From assembly GCA_019828565.1 (NCBI GenBank), contig JAHDYR010000011.1:421314-485313 (forward strand): a stretch of DNA of 64,000 nt, in the 5' to 3' direction. The notes beneath the pieces are model-generated. The model saw nothing but the letters and a program-made list of their open reading frames with translations. It was not told the DNA's origin and did no database searches. Each line of letters begins with the position of its first letter. The stretch's first letter is position 1. The stretch comes from Carpediemonas membranifera BICM (Eukaryota; Protista; Fornicata). Of the stretch, positions 52,561 through 63,529 are shown in pieces. Position numbers and translations under genes: made by a program.

Positions 52561-54597
52561 ATGAAGCGGATTTCCATCTGCCTGCTTCTTTTGCTAGTAG
52601 CAACGGTAGCGTGCTACAGCAAGAACTCGATTCCCTCCATGTGGCTCAACAACTGGAGCAACATGATAGTGATGTGGGAAAACAACCGCCGCCTGCTCAA
52701 CGGGCCGGCGACATACCCCATTGGTGTTTCTGACGTCCGCGTTAGCGCCAACTGGGAGGAGAGCGCCATCCAAGCCGATGCTTTCGTTCTCAAGGTTGGC
52801 AACACGCTCTACCAAGACCCGAAACTCTTCGACGGCGACAGCTATCTCAGCGAGAACGGCACGATGATCACCGAGTACACCACGTATGATGGCCACGACC
52901 TCGACTTCACACTCATCGGGCATGTCCAGTTGGGCCCCACACAGGAATCGTTCTACATCCGGAGCTACTACGTGGTGGACGATAGCCAGCGGCCAGTCAG
53001 CCTCATGGCCTACGTGACCACGGAGACACCGAAGAACACGGAGAACGTCTACGGGTGGCATGACACGAACAACGGGTTCTTCGAGGTGGACATCAAGCCG
53101 ACTGGTCTCTACCTCGCCACATACGCCGACCAGACGTACTCTAAGTTCCAGATAGGGTCCCCCAACACTCCTTCTGACCCCGTCAACCAGTTCGCGGGCT
53201 CCGGGCTCCAGGGCCAGACTGTGTCTAACACTCCTGAGGCTGTGATCGGCATGCAGTTCGATGGCACTGGTGGTCTCGCCATAAGCCTCTACCGCGCCGT
53301 CGGGAGCAACTGGGCGGACGTTGTGGCCAAGGCTAAGGCGGCCAAGGCGCATGACTACCTGGGCTGGCTCTCCATGGGCAGCGTCGCCGTAGAACAGAAG
53401 CTTAACAGCGCCATCCTCCCCTCCGGCACCGCAGAGGAGGTCAGGTACTTCAAGTTGTGTCTGCTTCTCCTCAAAAACGCCCAGCATCCCACGATTGGTA
53501 CGATTACCGCCTCATTCCACCCGTGCTACGGTTACAAGACCTGGGCGAGAGACGGTGCCTTTGCCGCCCTCATCCTGACCGCTGTCGGCTTCACCGAGGA
53601 GGCTTCGAAGTACCTTTCTTGGATGGGTAACGCCGAGCTCCGCGGCGACGGCATGTACCACACGACATATGCCACCTTCACTGGCAAGCCCGAGAGCTTC
53701 GTGGAGCCCCAGCTGGACCCTATGGGCACGTTCATGCTCTCCGTCGGCTACTACACGGCCACCACGGGCGACCGAACCCTCGCCCGGTCCGTGGCGGGCC
53801 GACTTGGCGCGGTGCAGGACTACCTGATCCATAACCAGCCGTACAAGTCCTTCACTAGCCCCGACTACTCCATCTGGGAAGAAAGCAGCGACCCCGTCAC
53901 TGGCGCCGGTCTACCCGTGGGCTTCTACACGTTCTCCCAATCCATGAGTGCGGGCGGCCTCTTCTCCGCGGCCTACCTCTGGGGCATGATGGGTGACAGC
54001 GCCCGCCGCTCGGCCGCTACTGCCAGGGCTCGCGAGCTCCAGGCTGCGATCGTCACCAACCTGTGGCAGGAGGACCTTGGTCACTTCGCCCGCCAGATCT
54101 GGTCTGACTCGAAGCAGGTCCAGACCAAGCTCGACGGCGCTTCCTCTGCCCCGCTGTTCCTCGGACTCATCAAGACGAGCGATAGCATGTACTCTCGGCA
54201 ACTTGATGCTGTCAGCCGTCTCATCACCAGAGACAACCACGGTGTGGCCCGCTACGAGGGCGACGTCTTCTTCTACAGCGGTGTGTTCAACCCCGCCGGT
54301 GCCCACGTGCCCGAGGTCTCCTCTGACATGCCTGCTTGGGGCGTCACCACCATGTTTACTGCCTGGGCCGAGCTCCGTGCTGGCAAGGACGTGTCAGCCA
54401 GGCTCAAGTGGATGCGCGACCGCAGTGCGTACGGCGGCATCGCTGTGGGCGAGGCCGTTGACGGCAACTCTGCACACGAGGACACGTTTGTGTTCTCCTC
54501 GGCACCTGATATTTATGAGCACGCTGGTGTGTATGCGGTCACTACGCTTATCTCCCAGGGTAAGGCCCTGCCCGTGTGCCCCTTCGACTGGGACTAG
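52561..54597 (+). CDS. Secreted glucoamylase-like glycoside hydrolase (GH15, six-hairpin)
   Basis: Signal peptide; YKTWARDG, EPQLD, DYSIWEE. Confidence 0.85.
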   Translation: MKRISICLLLLLVATVACYSKNSIPSMWLNNWSNMIVMWENNRRLLNGPATYPIGVSDVRVSANWEESAIQADAFVLKVGNTLYQDPKLFDGDSYLSENGTMITEYTTYDGHDLDFTLIGHVQLGPTQESFYIRSYYVVDDSQRPVSLMAYVTTETPKNTENVYGWHDTNNGFFEVDIKPTGLYLATYADQTYSKFQIGSPNTPSDPVNQFAGSGLQGQTVSNTPEAVIGMQFDGTGGLAISLYRAVGSNWADVVAKAKAAKAHDYLGWLSMGSVAVEQKLNSAILPSGTAEEVRYFKLCLLLLKNAQHPTIGTITASFHPCYGYKTWARDGAFAALILTAVGFTEEASKYLSWMGNAELRGDGMYHTTYATFTGKPESFVEPQLDPMGTFMLSVGYYTATTGDRTLARSVAGRLGAVQDYLIHNQPYKSFTSPDYSIWEESSDPVTGAGLPVGFYTFSQSMSAGGLFSAAYLWGMMGDSARRSAATARARELQAAIVTNLWQEDLGHFARQIWSDSKQVQTKLDGASSAPLFLGLIKTSDSMYSRQLDAVSRLITRDNHGVARYEGDVFFYSGVFNPAGAHVPEVSSDMPAWGVTTMFTAWAELRAGKDVSARLKWMRDRSAYGGIAVGEAVDGNSAHEDTFVFSSAPDIYEHAGVYAVTTLISQGKALPVCPFDWD

Positions 54598-54781
54598 CGG
54601 ATAAATCTTTGAATTGAGTGGTGGGCATGGGGTGATGGGCGAGAGGCAATGGGTGAAGGTGATGACGAGTGCGTTGACAGTGACTACTGCTGCTACAGTG
54701 ATGCATGCTCGAGGAGTCTTGCTCGGTTGACTGTCTCTGCAGTCTCGACAAGTACGAAGCCCGTATTGTGCACTGGGAGCG

Positions 54782-56371
54782 ATGAGTAGCGCTGATTCCG
54801 TGCCAGTGGATATAAGAGAGGCGTTGATCTCCGCATATCGCATTTCACGTACCACCACCGCCACCCTCCCCGGGAACATCCCCTCTCTTCTCGCGCACGC
54901 CTATTCGCGTCATTTCCGAACGAATATGCCCTTAATCCAGGACCAAGAGAACGATGATGTACCTTCTAGTTCATATACGCTTGAATTGCTCCTCGCCAAG
55001 CTCGTCGCCATCCCCCCTCTCTCCGAGAAGGCACAAACCCTCCTCGACCGCGCCCGCTCGATCCTCACAGACGGCCCCCCGCTGTCCATGAACATCGAGC
55101 TGGCTGACGGCCAAGAGCTCCCGGACGCCCTGCACACCCTGCTCCAGGGCACGCTGTGGGCCATCCTCATGGGGGCTGGAGCCTACCCGGAGTTGGACGG
55201 CTCAACAAACGATCCCACTGCCTCAGACGACGATAGCTCCAGCTACGAGTCGTCATGCTACTCATCCGACGCTGTTGCTGACGACAAGAGCCTCTGGTTC
55301 CTCTGCCGTAAGTTCCTCTTCGTTCACCAGGCTGCTCAAAAGGACGGCGAGGCCTTCTCCAACATCAACCACGCCGGCTACTACATCGAGCATCGCTATG
55401 CCGGCTTCCTCTTCAAGACTAACGCCTCCTACGATCCCCTCGAGCGGGCCCGTCTCCCCCGCGTTCTCAGCGTCTACAGGGACCGGATCTCGACTCTGGT
55501 AGTGACTCCAAAGGGTGTTTACGGGTGGAATGGAGGTAGGAACCTTGGACTCGGGTCGCAGGTCATGTTTACTACAGACCCAACCCGCCTCACTTTTCGT
55601 AACTGTCCCGCCGTCTTGGAGTACGAGTCGGCCCTACCCGCCTGGGAGAAGGACCGTATAGCCACGCTGGTGCGGCACAGCTATGCTCGGACACTAATTC
55701 TCACCCCTGTTGGCCTCGTCGCGGCGGGGGTTTCCACGGAGATGTTCACACGGCAAATGAGCAACGGTCCGTGCTTCCATATGGTTCCCCTGCCGGAGGG
55801 CTTTGTCCCAGATCACATTATGGACGGTGAGAAGGTGGTTGTTCTCTCAATGGGCGATCGGCAAATGATTGCCGGAGAAAACAGCCACGGCGAGCTCGGC
55901 ATTGGTGAGGCCGGCGACCTCTCGGGCTTCGTCGACCTCCCATACCGCATAGACGGCATTATTGCCTCTGCCTCCGACTTCAACGTCTTCCTCAGTGGCC
56001 GCCAGCTCCTCTTCACCGGGGTCCCGCCCGCCCCGCTCCTCGACTCTAACCTGCACCCCGGTCAACCCGGCCCCACCCCCACCCCTCTCACTGTCCCTAA
56101 AGAGGCCTGGGCGTTTGGACTGTCCTGGGGCCATCTGGTATGGGTTGGGGGAGGCAGGACACACCGATACGGCCTCCTCGGTGACCTCGGCTCGTATTAC
56201 ATCAACGGAGAGGCAAGCCACTGTGGGAGCAGTCGGTATAGACTCACAGACGGGTCCTGGGTGGATGTGCTTGGCGTGCATGACGGCGTGGGGCGGACCG
56301 TCGAGTGCCGACCAGACCCTGATGGCGTGCTGGAGATACCACTGGTGCGGCCGACGGAGAGGCGGGTGTAA
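54782..56371 (+). CDS. RCC1/BLIP-II-like repeat family protein
   Basis: GVYGWNG..NLGLG and GENSHGELGIG repeats. Confidence 0.7.
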   Translation: MSSADSVPVDIREALISAYRISRTTTATLPGNIPSLLAHAYSRHFRTNMPLIQDQENDDVPSSSYTLELLLAKLVAIPPLSEKAQTLLDRARSILTDGPPLSMNIELADGQELPDALHTLLQGTLWAILMGAGAYPELDGSTNDPTASDDDSSSYESSCYSSDAVADDKSLWFLCRKFLFVHQAAQKDGEAFSNINHAGYYIEHRYAGFLFKTNASYDPLERARLPRVLSVYRDRISTLVVTPKGVYGWNGGRNLGLGSQVMFTTDPTRLTFRNCPAVLEYESALPAWEKDRIATLVRHSYARTLILTPVGLVAAGVSTEMFTRQMSNGPCFHMVPLPEGFVPDHIMDGEKVVVLSMGDRQMIAGENSHGELGIGEAGDLSGFVDLPYRIDGIIASASDFNVFLSGRQLLFTGVPPAPLLDSNLHPGQPGPTPTPLTVPKEAWAFGLSWGHLVWVGGGRTHRYGLLGDLGSYYINGEASHCGSSRYRLTDGSWVDVLGVHDGVGRTVECRPDPDGVLEIPLVRPTERRV

Positions 56372-56511
56372 CGATGACTTTAAATCGTGGGATATAGCTA
56401 TGTAGCGCTAGTTACGCCCGTTGGGCAGGCTGCATCGCCTGGAACGCTTGCTTGGTTCTCCGCATTTTAGGGGGTAGCTTTCAGAACGCAGGCGATCCGT
56501 AAATCCACCCC

Positions 56512-58746
56512 ATGTGGATCATTTGTGACGACTACGAGATTATACGAGAGATAGGTCGTGGTAGCTACAGCCAGGTTCTCAAAGCCCGCGATAAGCGCAC
56601 TGGTATTCTCAGAGCGATCAAAGTGATGAATCTGGAGGGTATGTCTCCTAAGGAGTACATCAACCTGGACCGCGAGCTTCATATTCTTACTAGCCTCCGC
56701 GGAACCTCCCCAAATGTCGTCGAGCTGATCGATGTGCGCGAGGACCCTGCCAACTCATACAAGTACCTCATCTTCGAGCTCTGTGAGGGCGGAGACCTCC
56801 TCGCAGCCATCCGCAACAACAACAAGAAGCATGGCGGCGGCCTGCCCGAGACTGTGTGCTGCCGTCTTTTCGCACAGATGATTATGGGTATGGAGCAGTT
56901 GTGGCGACGGAACTTCATACACAGAGACCTCAAACCGGCCAACCTACTGCTGTCAGAGAGTAACCCAGCCACAGCGACGCTTAAGGTGGCAGACTTCGGG
57001 TTTGTCAGGAAGGTCTCCCCCGGTACGATGGCAGTGACCCTGTGCGGCTCCCCACTTTACATGGCGCCAGAGGTTGTGAAGCACGGAAGTACATATGATT
57101 ACAAGGCGGACATATGGTCGCTCGGCGTCATCCTGTTTGAGATGCTGACCGGGTCTGCCGCCTTTTACTCGCCCACTGGCATCATGGAGCTTCCCAGAGT
57201 AGTAGCGGAACAAACGCCCAAGCTAGAGTGGCGTGCCCGTAACGCTGGTGTGTCCAAGAGTGCGATTGATCTCCTGAGAATCACTCTGAGCGTCGACCCG
57301 ATCCAGCGGGTCTCCCGAACGGGTCTGCTCCGCCACCGCTTCGTGGCCAACGGCTTCGACCTTCTCGGATCGACTCTGCCAGCCCTATCGACCCCCACCC
57401 TCTCCATGCCGACCCTGCCACAGTTCCCCAGCCCCGTGATGGGCGCCGTGACCACTGGTGAGCCGCCCTCGGAGTCCTCAACCGTCTTCCAGAGCATGTC
57501 TCTAGGTCCTGACTCGGACGACTCGACGGCCGATTCGCCCGGGTCTGGGGCGATGAGCTCGTTCGCCGCCAGTCCCGCCACGACTCACCGCACTGTGCAC
57601 GAGGCCACGGATGACGAACCAGAGGCCATGGAGCCGCCACGGACGAAGGAAACCAGGTCAGAAAGCACTGCCACGCTGACCCAGGCCCGGCCGGCGACCA
57701 TTTCCACGACACGCAGTCGGCCCCTGATTGAGATCGCGCCACTGGTGATCACGGAATCACAGAGCACACTTCAGAAACGGTTCGCGTACGCCAACAGCAA
57801 CGAGATCCTGCCGGAGAAACTGTGGGCCGACCTGCCGTCTGACACGTTTGAATCACTCATTCAGCAATTCCGCCGCGGCATGCAGGCCCAGCTGACCGAA
57901 TGTGACATTCCAGTGAACGAGAGACACACGTTCAAACCCTGGACGTCTCCCAAGTACGGCCTCGACGACAACGACGTCACCCTTCCCGTTCTCATGGAGC
58001 TACTCGGCCGGGTCGTCTCCGTTGTGAGACATAACCTGCGATATTCGTTCATCAGAGCCACCGAGGCCCCAGACGCTATCGCCCCCAGTCGCGTGCTGCT
58101 CACAGCCTTACTCCTGTGCGATTCCATGGTTCGCTGCGTCAGACCCTCTCAGCCGTACGCGCTCATGGTAGCGGAGGGCGCCCTCAACATTGGCGTCAGG
58201 ATCGGTGTCTTCGCTAAGTCCGTGCCCGCCGTGACACAGCCTTTGCCTCCGTCTTTTGTCTCGGAGACCCTGCCAGCGCTCATGTACCTATACCAGACAG
58301 TTGGGGTGATCGTTACAAAAACCGTCCCTAGCCGAATCGAACCCCTGCCTGAGGTACCGCTAACCGCTTGCCTACCAACAGGCCCGTTTTTACTCGCAAC
58401 TCCGAAGGCGAACCGGCTTGTGATGGCCCGGAACGCCAAGGGCGGTGCTGAGCTGAGGGAGGTAGACGCTGTTGAGGCAATCACGTCGATCAGCGTCGCC
58501 ATATCCAATCTCAGCAACAAGTATCTCGGATCTATAGATCCAATAGAGATTTTGTGTATCTTTTCCGCGATTGAGAAATATCTACAGGATCTAGCGACGT
58601 TTACGCTGAGCGGTGACGCTAAAAGTGCCCGTGTGTCGGCCCTCCGCGCCCATCTCCTGGCCACGTGGTGCAAGTCGATAACCGGTGATCGCCTCGATCA
58701 GCTCGACTCCGTCATCAGTGCGGTGGCGCCGCTAGCTGGGCTGTGA
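56512..58746 (+). CDS. ULK/ATG1-like Ser/Thr kinase
   Basis: IGRGSYSQV, HRDLKPANLLL, LKVADFGF, TLCGSPLYMAPEV, YDYKADIWS; S/T/P-rich linker. Confidence 0.85.
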   Translation: MWIICDDYEIIREIGRGSYSQVLKARDKRTGILRAIKVMNLEGMSPKEYINLDRELHILTSLRGTSPNVVELIDVREDPANSYKYLIFELCEGGDLLAAIRNNNKKHGGGLPETVCCRLFAQMIMGMEQLWRRNFIHRDLKPANLLLSESNPATATLKVADFGFVRKVSPGTMAVTLCGSPLYMAPEVVKHGSTYDYKADIWSLGVILFEMLTGSAAFYSPTGIMELPRVVAEQTPKLEWRARNAGVSKSAIDLLRITLSVDPIQRVSRTGLLRHRFVANGFDLLGSTLPALSTPTLSMPTLPQFPSPVMGAVTTGEPPSESSTVFQSMSLGPDSDDSTADSPGSGAMSSFAASPATTHRTVHEATDDEPEAMEPPRTKETRSESTATLTQARPATISTTRSRPLIEIAPLVITESQSTLQKRFAYANSNEILPEKLWADLPSDTFESLIQQFRRGMQAQLTECDIPVNERHTFKPWTSPKYGLDDNDVTLPVLMELLGRVVSVVRHNLRYSFIRATEAPDAIAPSRVLLTALLLCDSMVRCVRPSQPYALMVAEGALNIGVRIGVFAKSVPAVTQPLPPSFVSETLPALMYLYQTVGVIVTKTVPSRIEPLPEVPLTACLPTGPFLLATPKANRLVMARNAKGGAELREVDAVEAITSISVAISNLSNKYLGSIDPIEILCIFSAIEKYLQDLATFTLSGDAKSARVSALRAHLLATWCKSITGDRLDQLDSVISAVAPLAGL

Positions 58747-58899
58747 GGCTGGGGTGATCGTTTAGATGTATATATGAGTGATTGGTTGTATCTGTTTTGG
58801 ACCGTTAAATGTCGATTTTTTATGCCAAACACTTTCTTACCATTTTCGAGTGGTAAGGTAAGGTGGTGGTGGCGCTGCTTTCGCTCAGATTCCAGTCTC

Positions 58900-59440
58900 G
58901 CTCGCGGTACATCGACATCAATTGGTGGGACCTCAATAACATTGTAGATAGGCGCCTCGTGCTCCTCCGCCTCGGCCCCCACACCCTGGTCTACAACTCC
59001 ACACCCTGAACAATTGGCCGGCCGGGTCACGGTTTGACTCACCGTTGGAAGCAGTCACCTCGAGGGGGGATGACACTTGCTCTGCAGGAGTCGGATCTCA
59101 TGTGATGAGTCTTTCCCTCGGTGACCCAGATCAGATCATGGTCGGAACCGATCAATCCATTGGATCTCTTGGGGAACCGGAGCGGCATGGCTGTGCGTAC
59201 CGTGACGCGCATGCAGCAGACCCGATTGGGGGATATGAGGGGGAACTCAACCGGCGATCAGGAGTTGGCGGCCGCTGAGATTATGTTGCCGGAGTCGGTT
59301 GCCGATCCGGACCCTGAAGGGCAGGTCGACGAAGCCAGTCATATCATTATCGTGCCCGAGCCCCAACTGGCCGTCTCAGCTGTTCCCACTGATCATTTGC
59401 CGATCGCCCAAGGCGAAGATGACAACTGACGACAATGGGT
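58900..59440 (-). pseudogene. Degenerate fragment of the RCC1-like family gene
   Basis: - strand reads ALGDRQMISGNS*DGQLGLGHDNDMTGFVDLPFRV, paralogous to 55850-55950, with an in-frame stop. Confidence 0.75.
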
Positions 59441-59570
59441 ACCTGTCGCTGGCCAGCCTCCTCGGCCATGCCTGCTGTGAGTTTACTGTGGGACGAGGAG
59501 GACTACACTCTCAATCCCACGCGTGGCAGACCTCACAAGTCAACTGGAGCACAGTCGACTTCGGCAGGCC

Positions 59571-60041
59571 ATGGACTTTCTGACGAATCTCGTCAATGCG
59601 CCTTCTAACGAGCATAAAGGGGAATCAATGAGCCCGGCAAAATCATTAGCGGCCAAAGCAGCTCCGAAGAAGACTGCTCCATCCAGGCCTATCCAGAAGA
59701 AGCCAAAAGGCGTCCCCTCGACAGCAGGTTACCGCATTCCGATCATTGAAACCGACGAGGACCTGCGGAAGTACATTGCGGAGCGTAAGGCCCGCTATCC
59801 CACTCGAGCGCGCGTCGCTGAGAAGATCGCCAGACAGGAGGACGCCAAGGTGGAGGCAGAAGCCGAAGCCGAGGAGAAACTGGAAGTAGAGGCCAGCACT
59901 GCTCACAAGGCAGCTCCGCGGCAGACCTTCATCGAGCCTTCTCGGCCCCCGACACTGCTGGAGCAGCTCAAATACGGCGATGTCCGGAGGGACAAGCGTC
60001 TGGTGCTCCTGGCCCTGGTTCATCTGCTGAACGGTAAGTGA
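59571..60041 (+). CDS. NUFIP1: NUFIP1/Rsa1 box C/D snoRNP assembly factor
   Basis: ETDEDLRKYIAERKARYPT and TLLEQL..DVRRDKRLVL motifs. Confidence 0.75.
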   Translation: MDFLTNLVNAPSNEHKGESMSPAKSLAAKAAPKKTAPSRPIQKKPKGVPSTAGYRIPIIETDEDLRKYIAERKARYPTRARVAEKIARQEDAKVEAEAEAEEKLEVEASTAHKAAPRQTFIEPSRPPTLLEQLKYGDVRRDKRLVLLALVHLLNGK

Positions 60042-60253
60042 GCGATGTGGTGTATTGTATTGAACCATACCTTGATGGTTGGCTGGCCTCTCGGGATACG
60101 GACCGGCATTGACTGTGACGTTTTATTGCCGAATTGGATATTTTCTAAACCGCCTGCGGAAAATGGCCTGACATCCCGTTGATACGCCAAAAGGGGTGCA
60201 TACGTGTTACCGTTTGTTTTGCCAGTTTTGGCACAAGATCATTATCGCTATCA

Positions 60254-61387
60254 ATGCAGACAAATAAGCTTGCTGAGCACATTTCAGCTCACGCATGGAA
60301 CGCTGATCACACTCAAGTTGCCATCTGCCCCAATAACAACGAGATTGTGATCTTCGAGATGACAGAAAAGGGTCCTGTCGAAAAGCACAAGCTTCTGAAG
60401 CACGACCAGCATGTTAGCGCTATTGACTGGTGCCATGAGACGAACAACATTGTTTCATGCTCTCATGATCGCAGTGCCTACGTCTGGACGTTTGCTGACG
60501 GCGTCTGGTCCCCCGAGCTTGTCATCCTGCCCATCAACCGCGCCGCCCTCTCCGTGGCCTGGTCTCCGAACGGCACTAAGTTTGTTGTGACCTCTGGCCA
60601 GCACTGTGTCTGCATCTGCCACCGTGACACCCGCTCGACCGAGTGGTGGGTATCCCGCCGCACGGACCACCCATCAATGGCCGAGTCCGTCACCGCGGCC
60701 GCCTGGCACCCTAACGGCATCGTCTGCGCGTGCGGTGGGATGAACGGCAAGGTCCTGCTGTTCGCCGCGGTCATGAAGGGAGTCGACAAGCGTCCCACCG
60801 AGGCTGTGTACGGCTTCGGTCCCCCGATCCGCTTCCCCCAGCCCCTTATCGAGCTCGACGTCACGGACGGCGCCTGGATTCAGGACATCGCCTTCAGCCC
60901 CAGCGGCGATGAGCTGATGATCGTCACGGGCGACGCCAAGGTCCGCTTCGTCACCCTCTCGGCCGACCAGCCCTGCCCCGTGGCCACAGTCACTCTCACC
61001 AGCGAGGCTATGCTCGCAGCCGTGTATATTAACGAGACCGCGGCCATCGCCACCGGCTACAACGCCGAGCCGCTTCTCTTCACCAAGGACGCCGAGGGAT
61101 GGGCTATGCGGAAGTCCCTCGACCCCAAGAAGGGCAACGCAGAGATCGGCGGTGGCCCTAAGAAGCCCCGCAGCGCTGCCTTTGCCAAGTTCGAGGCGGC
61201 CGCGGCGTCGAGCGGCAAGGCCGAGTCCGCGATGAAGAGCAAGGGCGTGCAGACGGTACACCGCAACACGGTGCCCTCCATCCGCCTTGTCGACGGCGGC
61301 GTGGTGTCGACGGCGGGTCTGGATGGCGTCCTTGTCCAGTGGAAGTTGGGCGAGGGCGAGGTCGCCGAGCTCATCAAGGCCATGTAG
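60254..61387 (+). CDS. ARPC1: Arp2/3 complex subunit 1 (p41)
   Basis: HAWNADHTQVAICPNNNE, IVSCSHDRSAYVW, LVILPINRAA, WWVS. Confidence 0.95.
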   Translation: MQTNKLAEHISAHAWNADHTQVAICPNNNEIVIFEMTEKGPVEKHKLLKHDQHVSAIDWCHETNNIVSCSHDRSAYVWTFADGVWSPELVILPINRAALSVAWSPNGTKFVVTSGQHCVCICHRDTRSTEWWVSRRTDHPSMAESVTAAAWHPNGIVCACGGMNGKVLLFAAVMKGVDKRPTEAVYGFGPPIRFPQPLIELDVTDGAWIQDIAFSPSGDELMIVTGDAKVRFVTLSADQPCPVATVTLTSEAMLAAVYINETAAIATGYNAEPLLFTKDAEGWAMRKSLDPKKGNAEIGGGPKKPRSAAFAKFEAAAASSGKAESAMKSKGVQTVHRNTVPSIRLVDGGVVSTAGLDGVLVQWKLGEGEVAELIKAM

Positions 61388-61441
61388 AGTGTGTGTTAAA
61401 GGAGATACTGTATGCTGAGAGGCGCTGGGTGCCTTGGTTGA

Positions 61442-61855
61442 ATGGTTCCCGGAGGGGCAGAATTAGGGTCAAGACAAATGCAGGTGGATGACGCGCATCC
61501 ACTGGCGGATTATGCCCTGTCACAGTTTACCGTGCAGCTCACTGATCAATTGACGGAAATTCTTCACCCAGCAATCGCTGAAGGTCGAAAGGACGAAAAT
61601 CTTGTCTTGAGATTGCTAGAGCAGGTGTTCTCATTCGAAGATCCATCGGGACTGCCTGGATTCATCTCACGGCTTGCTACCAACGTCATAACTGTGGAAT
61701 CTGTGTTTCGTGAGATGAGCATCACCCCCGAGTCTGTTCGAGCAGCCTCATTCGAGGTCCAAGAGCCCGAGCCCGTCGTCGAACTGAGGCCTGCGCTTGA
61801 GGAGGAAGATGATCCGGGTTATGTGGCCCATTTGCAAATGTTGGGAGCAGAATGA
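61442..61855 (+). CDS. Hypothetical protein
   Basis: 137-aa ORF filling the space between ARPC1 and NTF2. Confidence 0.5.
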   Translation: MVPGGAELGSRQMQVDDAHPLADYALSQFTVQLTDQLTEILHPAIAEGRKDENLVLRLLEQVFSFEDPSGLPGFISRLATNVITVESVFREMSITPESVRAASFEVQEPEPVVELRPALEEEDDPGYVAHLQMLGAE

Positions 61856-61998
61856 GGCTATGTATTGTTATGTGGTCCTTTGGACACAATCCACCACAAC
61901 TCCGCCGCCGCCCCAGGTGCCAACAAGCCATCCTTGTATACATATCAACGTAAAAACCGCCATACTACCGCATTCCGTTTACATTGCCGTCCAAAGGC

Positions 61999-62407
61999 TC
62001 ACATGAAGGAGAGGTTGAAGATATCGTTGAGGATGAACCATTGGCCGTTAGCCGGGCACAGTGTGAACACCTGCGAGAACATCATAGGGTGCTCGCTATC
62101 ATCATCGGCGATGAGCTGGCCGGAGACGAAGACGAGGATGCTGTCGTTGACGGTGGGCTGGATGTTGATGTTGAGGCCCTCGACGTCGTGCTGGACCTTG
62201 CGGAAAGAAAGCGAGGTAAGCTTCTCCATAATAGCAGTGGTGCCCATAGCCTGGGCGCCAGAGAACGTGAGCATGGAGTTAGCCTGCTGTGTGAGAATTA
62301 GGGTCAGTGGAACGAACGTAAAGGCTCGCGAGGTTAGAACGGTCAGTATCGAAGGTCTGGTAGTAGAACTTGACGAAAGCAGTGCCAATCTGGACCGGGT
62401 CGCTCAT
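61999..62407 (-). CDS. NTF2: Nuclear transport factor 2, intron 62287-62317
   Basis: MSDPVQIGTAFVKFYYQTFD..LY|QANSMLTF..ILVFVSGQL..FSQVFTL..NDIF. Confidence 0.93.
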
Positions 62408-62518
62408 GGAACAGCAGAACTCAGAATCAGAAATTTCCAGCGTGCAGGATAAGAACAAATCTCCTATGCTATTGAAGGGTCGAAAAATGTGTTTATACTG
62501 CGCAACATCTCCTGGGCT

Positions 62519-63307
62519 CTAAGCCGTGTAGCCGCTGCAGAGTACCGCGCCGTTGGAGACAGACCCGAGGGCGGGGAACTGCGCGTCCTTGACGACCTTT
62601 CCGCCCTTGCGAGCCTTATCGCCTCTGGGCTTGCCGCCCTTCTTGGTGTTCTTACTCTTGTCGCCTCTAGGTCCACGCTGGCGGTAGAACCACACTGGCA
62701 TCGCCTTAGACACGTCGAAGTCAGCCACCTCAAGGCCATCAGCTCTGGCAGCGTCGAGGAAGGTCTTCATTGGAAGAGCGGGCTTGATGGTCACAGACAC
62801 GGCCTTGTCGCCGACAACGAGCTCCTGGTTCTTCTGGACGAACATACTCGCCTGCTTCTCGGTGGGGAACGTCGCGGTCCATGTTGTGGGATCGATTTGC
62901 GCGAGCTCGGGCTTGGTCTCGTCAAAGAGAGCAAGGACATCCGTCTCAGTGGAGCTAGAAGGCAGCTGCTTCATCAGGACAACGTCCTTCTTTGAGTGCT
63001 CGACCTTGGGGCTGACGAGAACACGGTCCTCGGTGACGAAGAGACCGCTTTTCTTGAGAGCCGTGATGAAGAGATCGAAGTCGTTGGTGATGGCCTGGAT
63101 CTTGTGGAAGTTAAATACAACATCTGTTGGGAGCTGCATGTTTGTGGTCATCTTGGAGAGCATGAATGTGTCCTTGACGAGGTTCTGGCGAGAGAAGTAG
63201 AAGGAAATCTGCTTGACGAGCATTTCCATGCACTCATCTTCTGATATCTGTGCTTTCAGCTGCGCATACTCAACAATCTCTTGTGAAGGTACGAAAGTGA
63301 ACGGCAT
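62519..63307 (-). CDS. La-related protein (La motif + RRM)
   Basis: KQISFYFSRQNLVKDTFM La motif followed by an RRM-like segment. Confidence 0.85.
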   Translation of the reverse strand: MPFTFVPSQEIVEYAQLKAQISEDECMEMLVKQISFYFSRQNLVKDTFMLSKMTTNMQLPTDVVFNFHKIQAITNDFDLFITALKKSGLFVTEDRVLVSPKVEHSKKDVVLMKQLPSSSTETDVLALFDETKPELAQIDPTTWTATFPTEKQASMFVQKNQELVVGDKAVSVTIKPALPMKTFLDAARADGLEVADFDVSKAMPVWFYRQRGPRGDKSKNTKKGGKPRGDKARKGGKVVKDAQFPALGSVSNGAVLCSGYTA

Positions 63308-63529
63308 TGATCCCGTTGCGTTCTTCTGAGTAAAAAAGTTTTTCTGCAGTGGCCCAAGCAAGCTCTCAGCATCGGCGGCAGACAATATAGAGGCATGCCG
63401 CCACGTATCATGGCGCTAGAGGGTGCGTGGAGGGCACCGGACACATGCCCCAGCCATATATCCCCCCCACCAAGGGAGACAACAGCATGACACGCTTAAC
63501 CGATTTTTAAAGCATTAAACCGCGAACAG

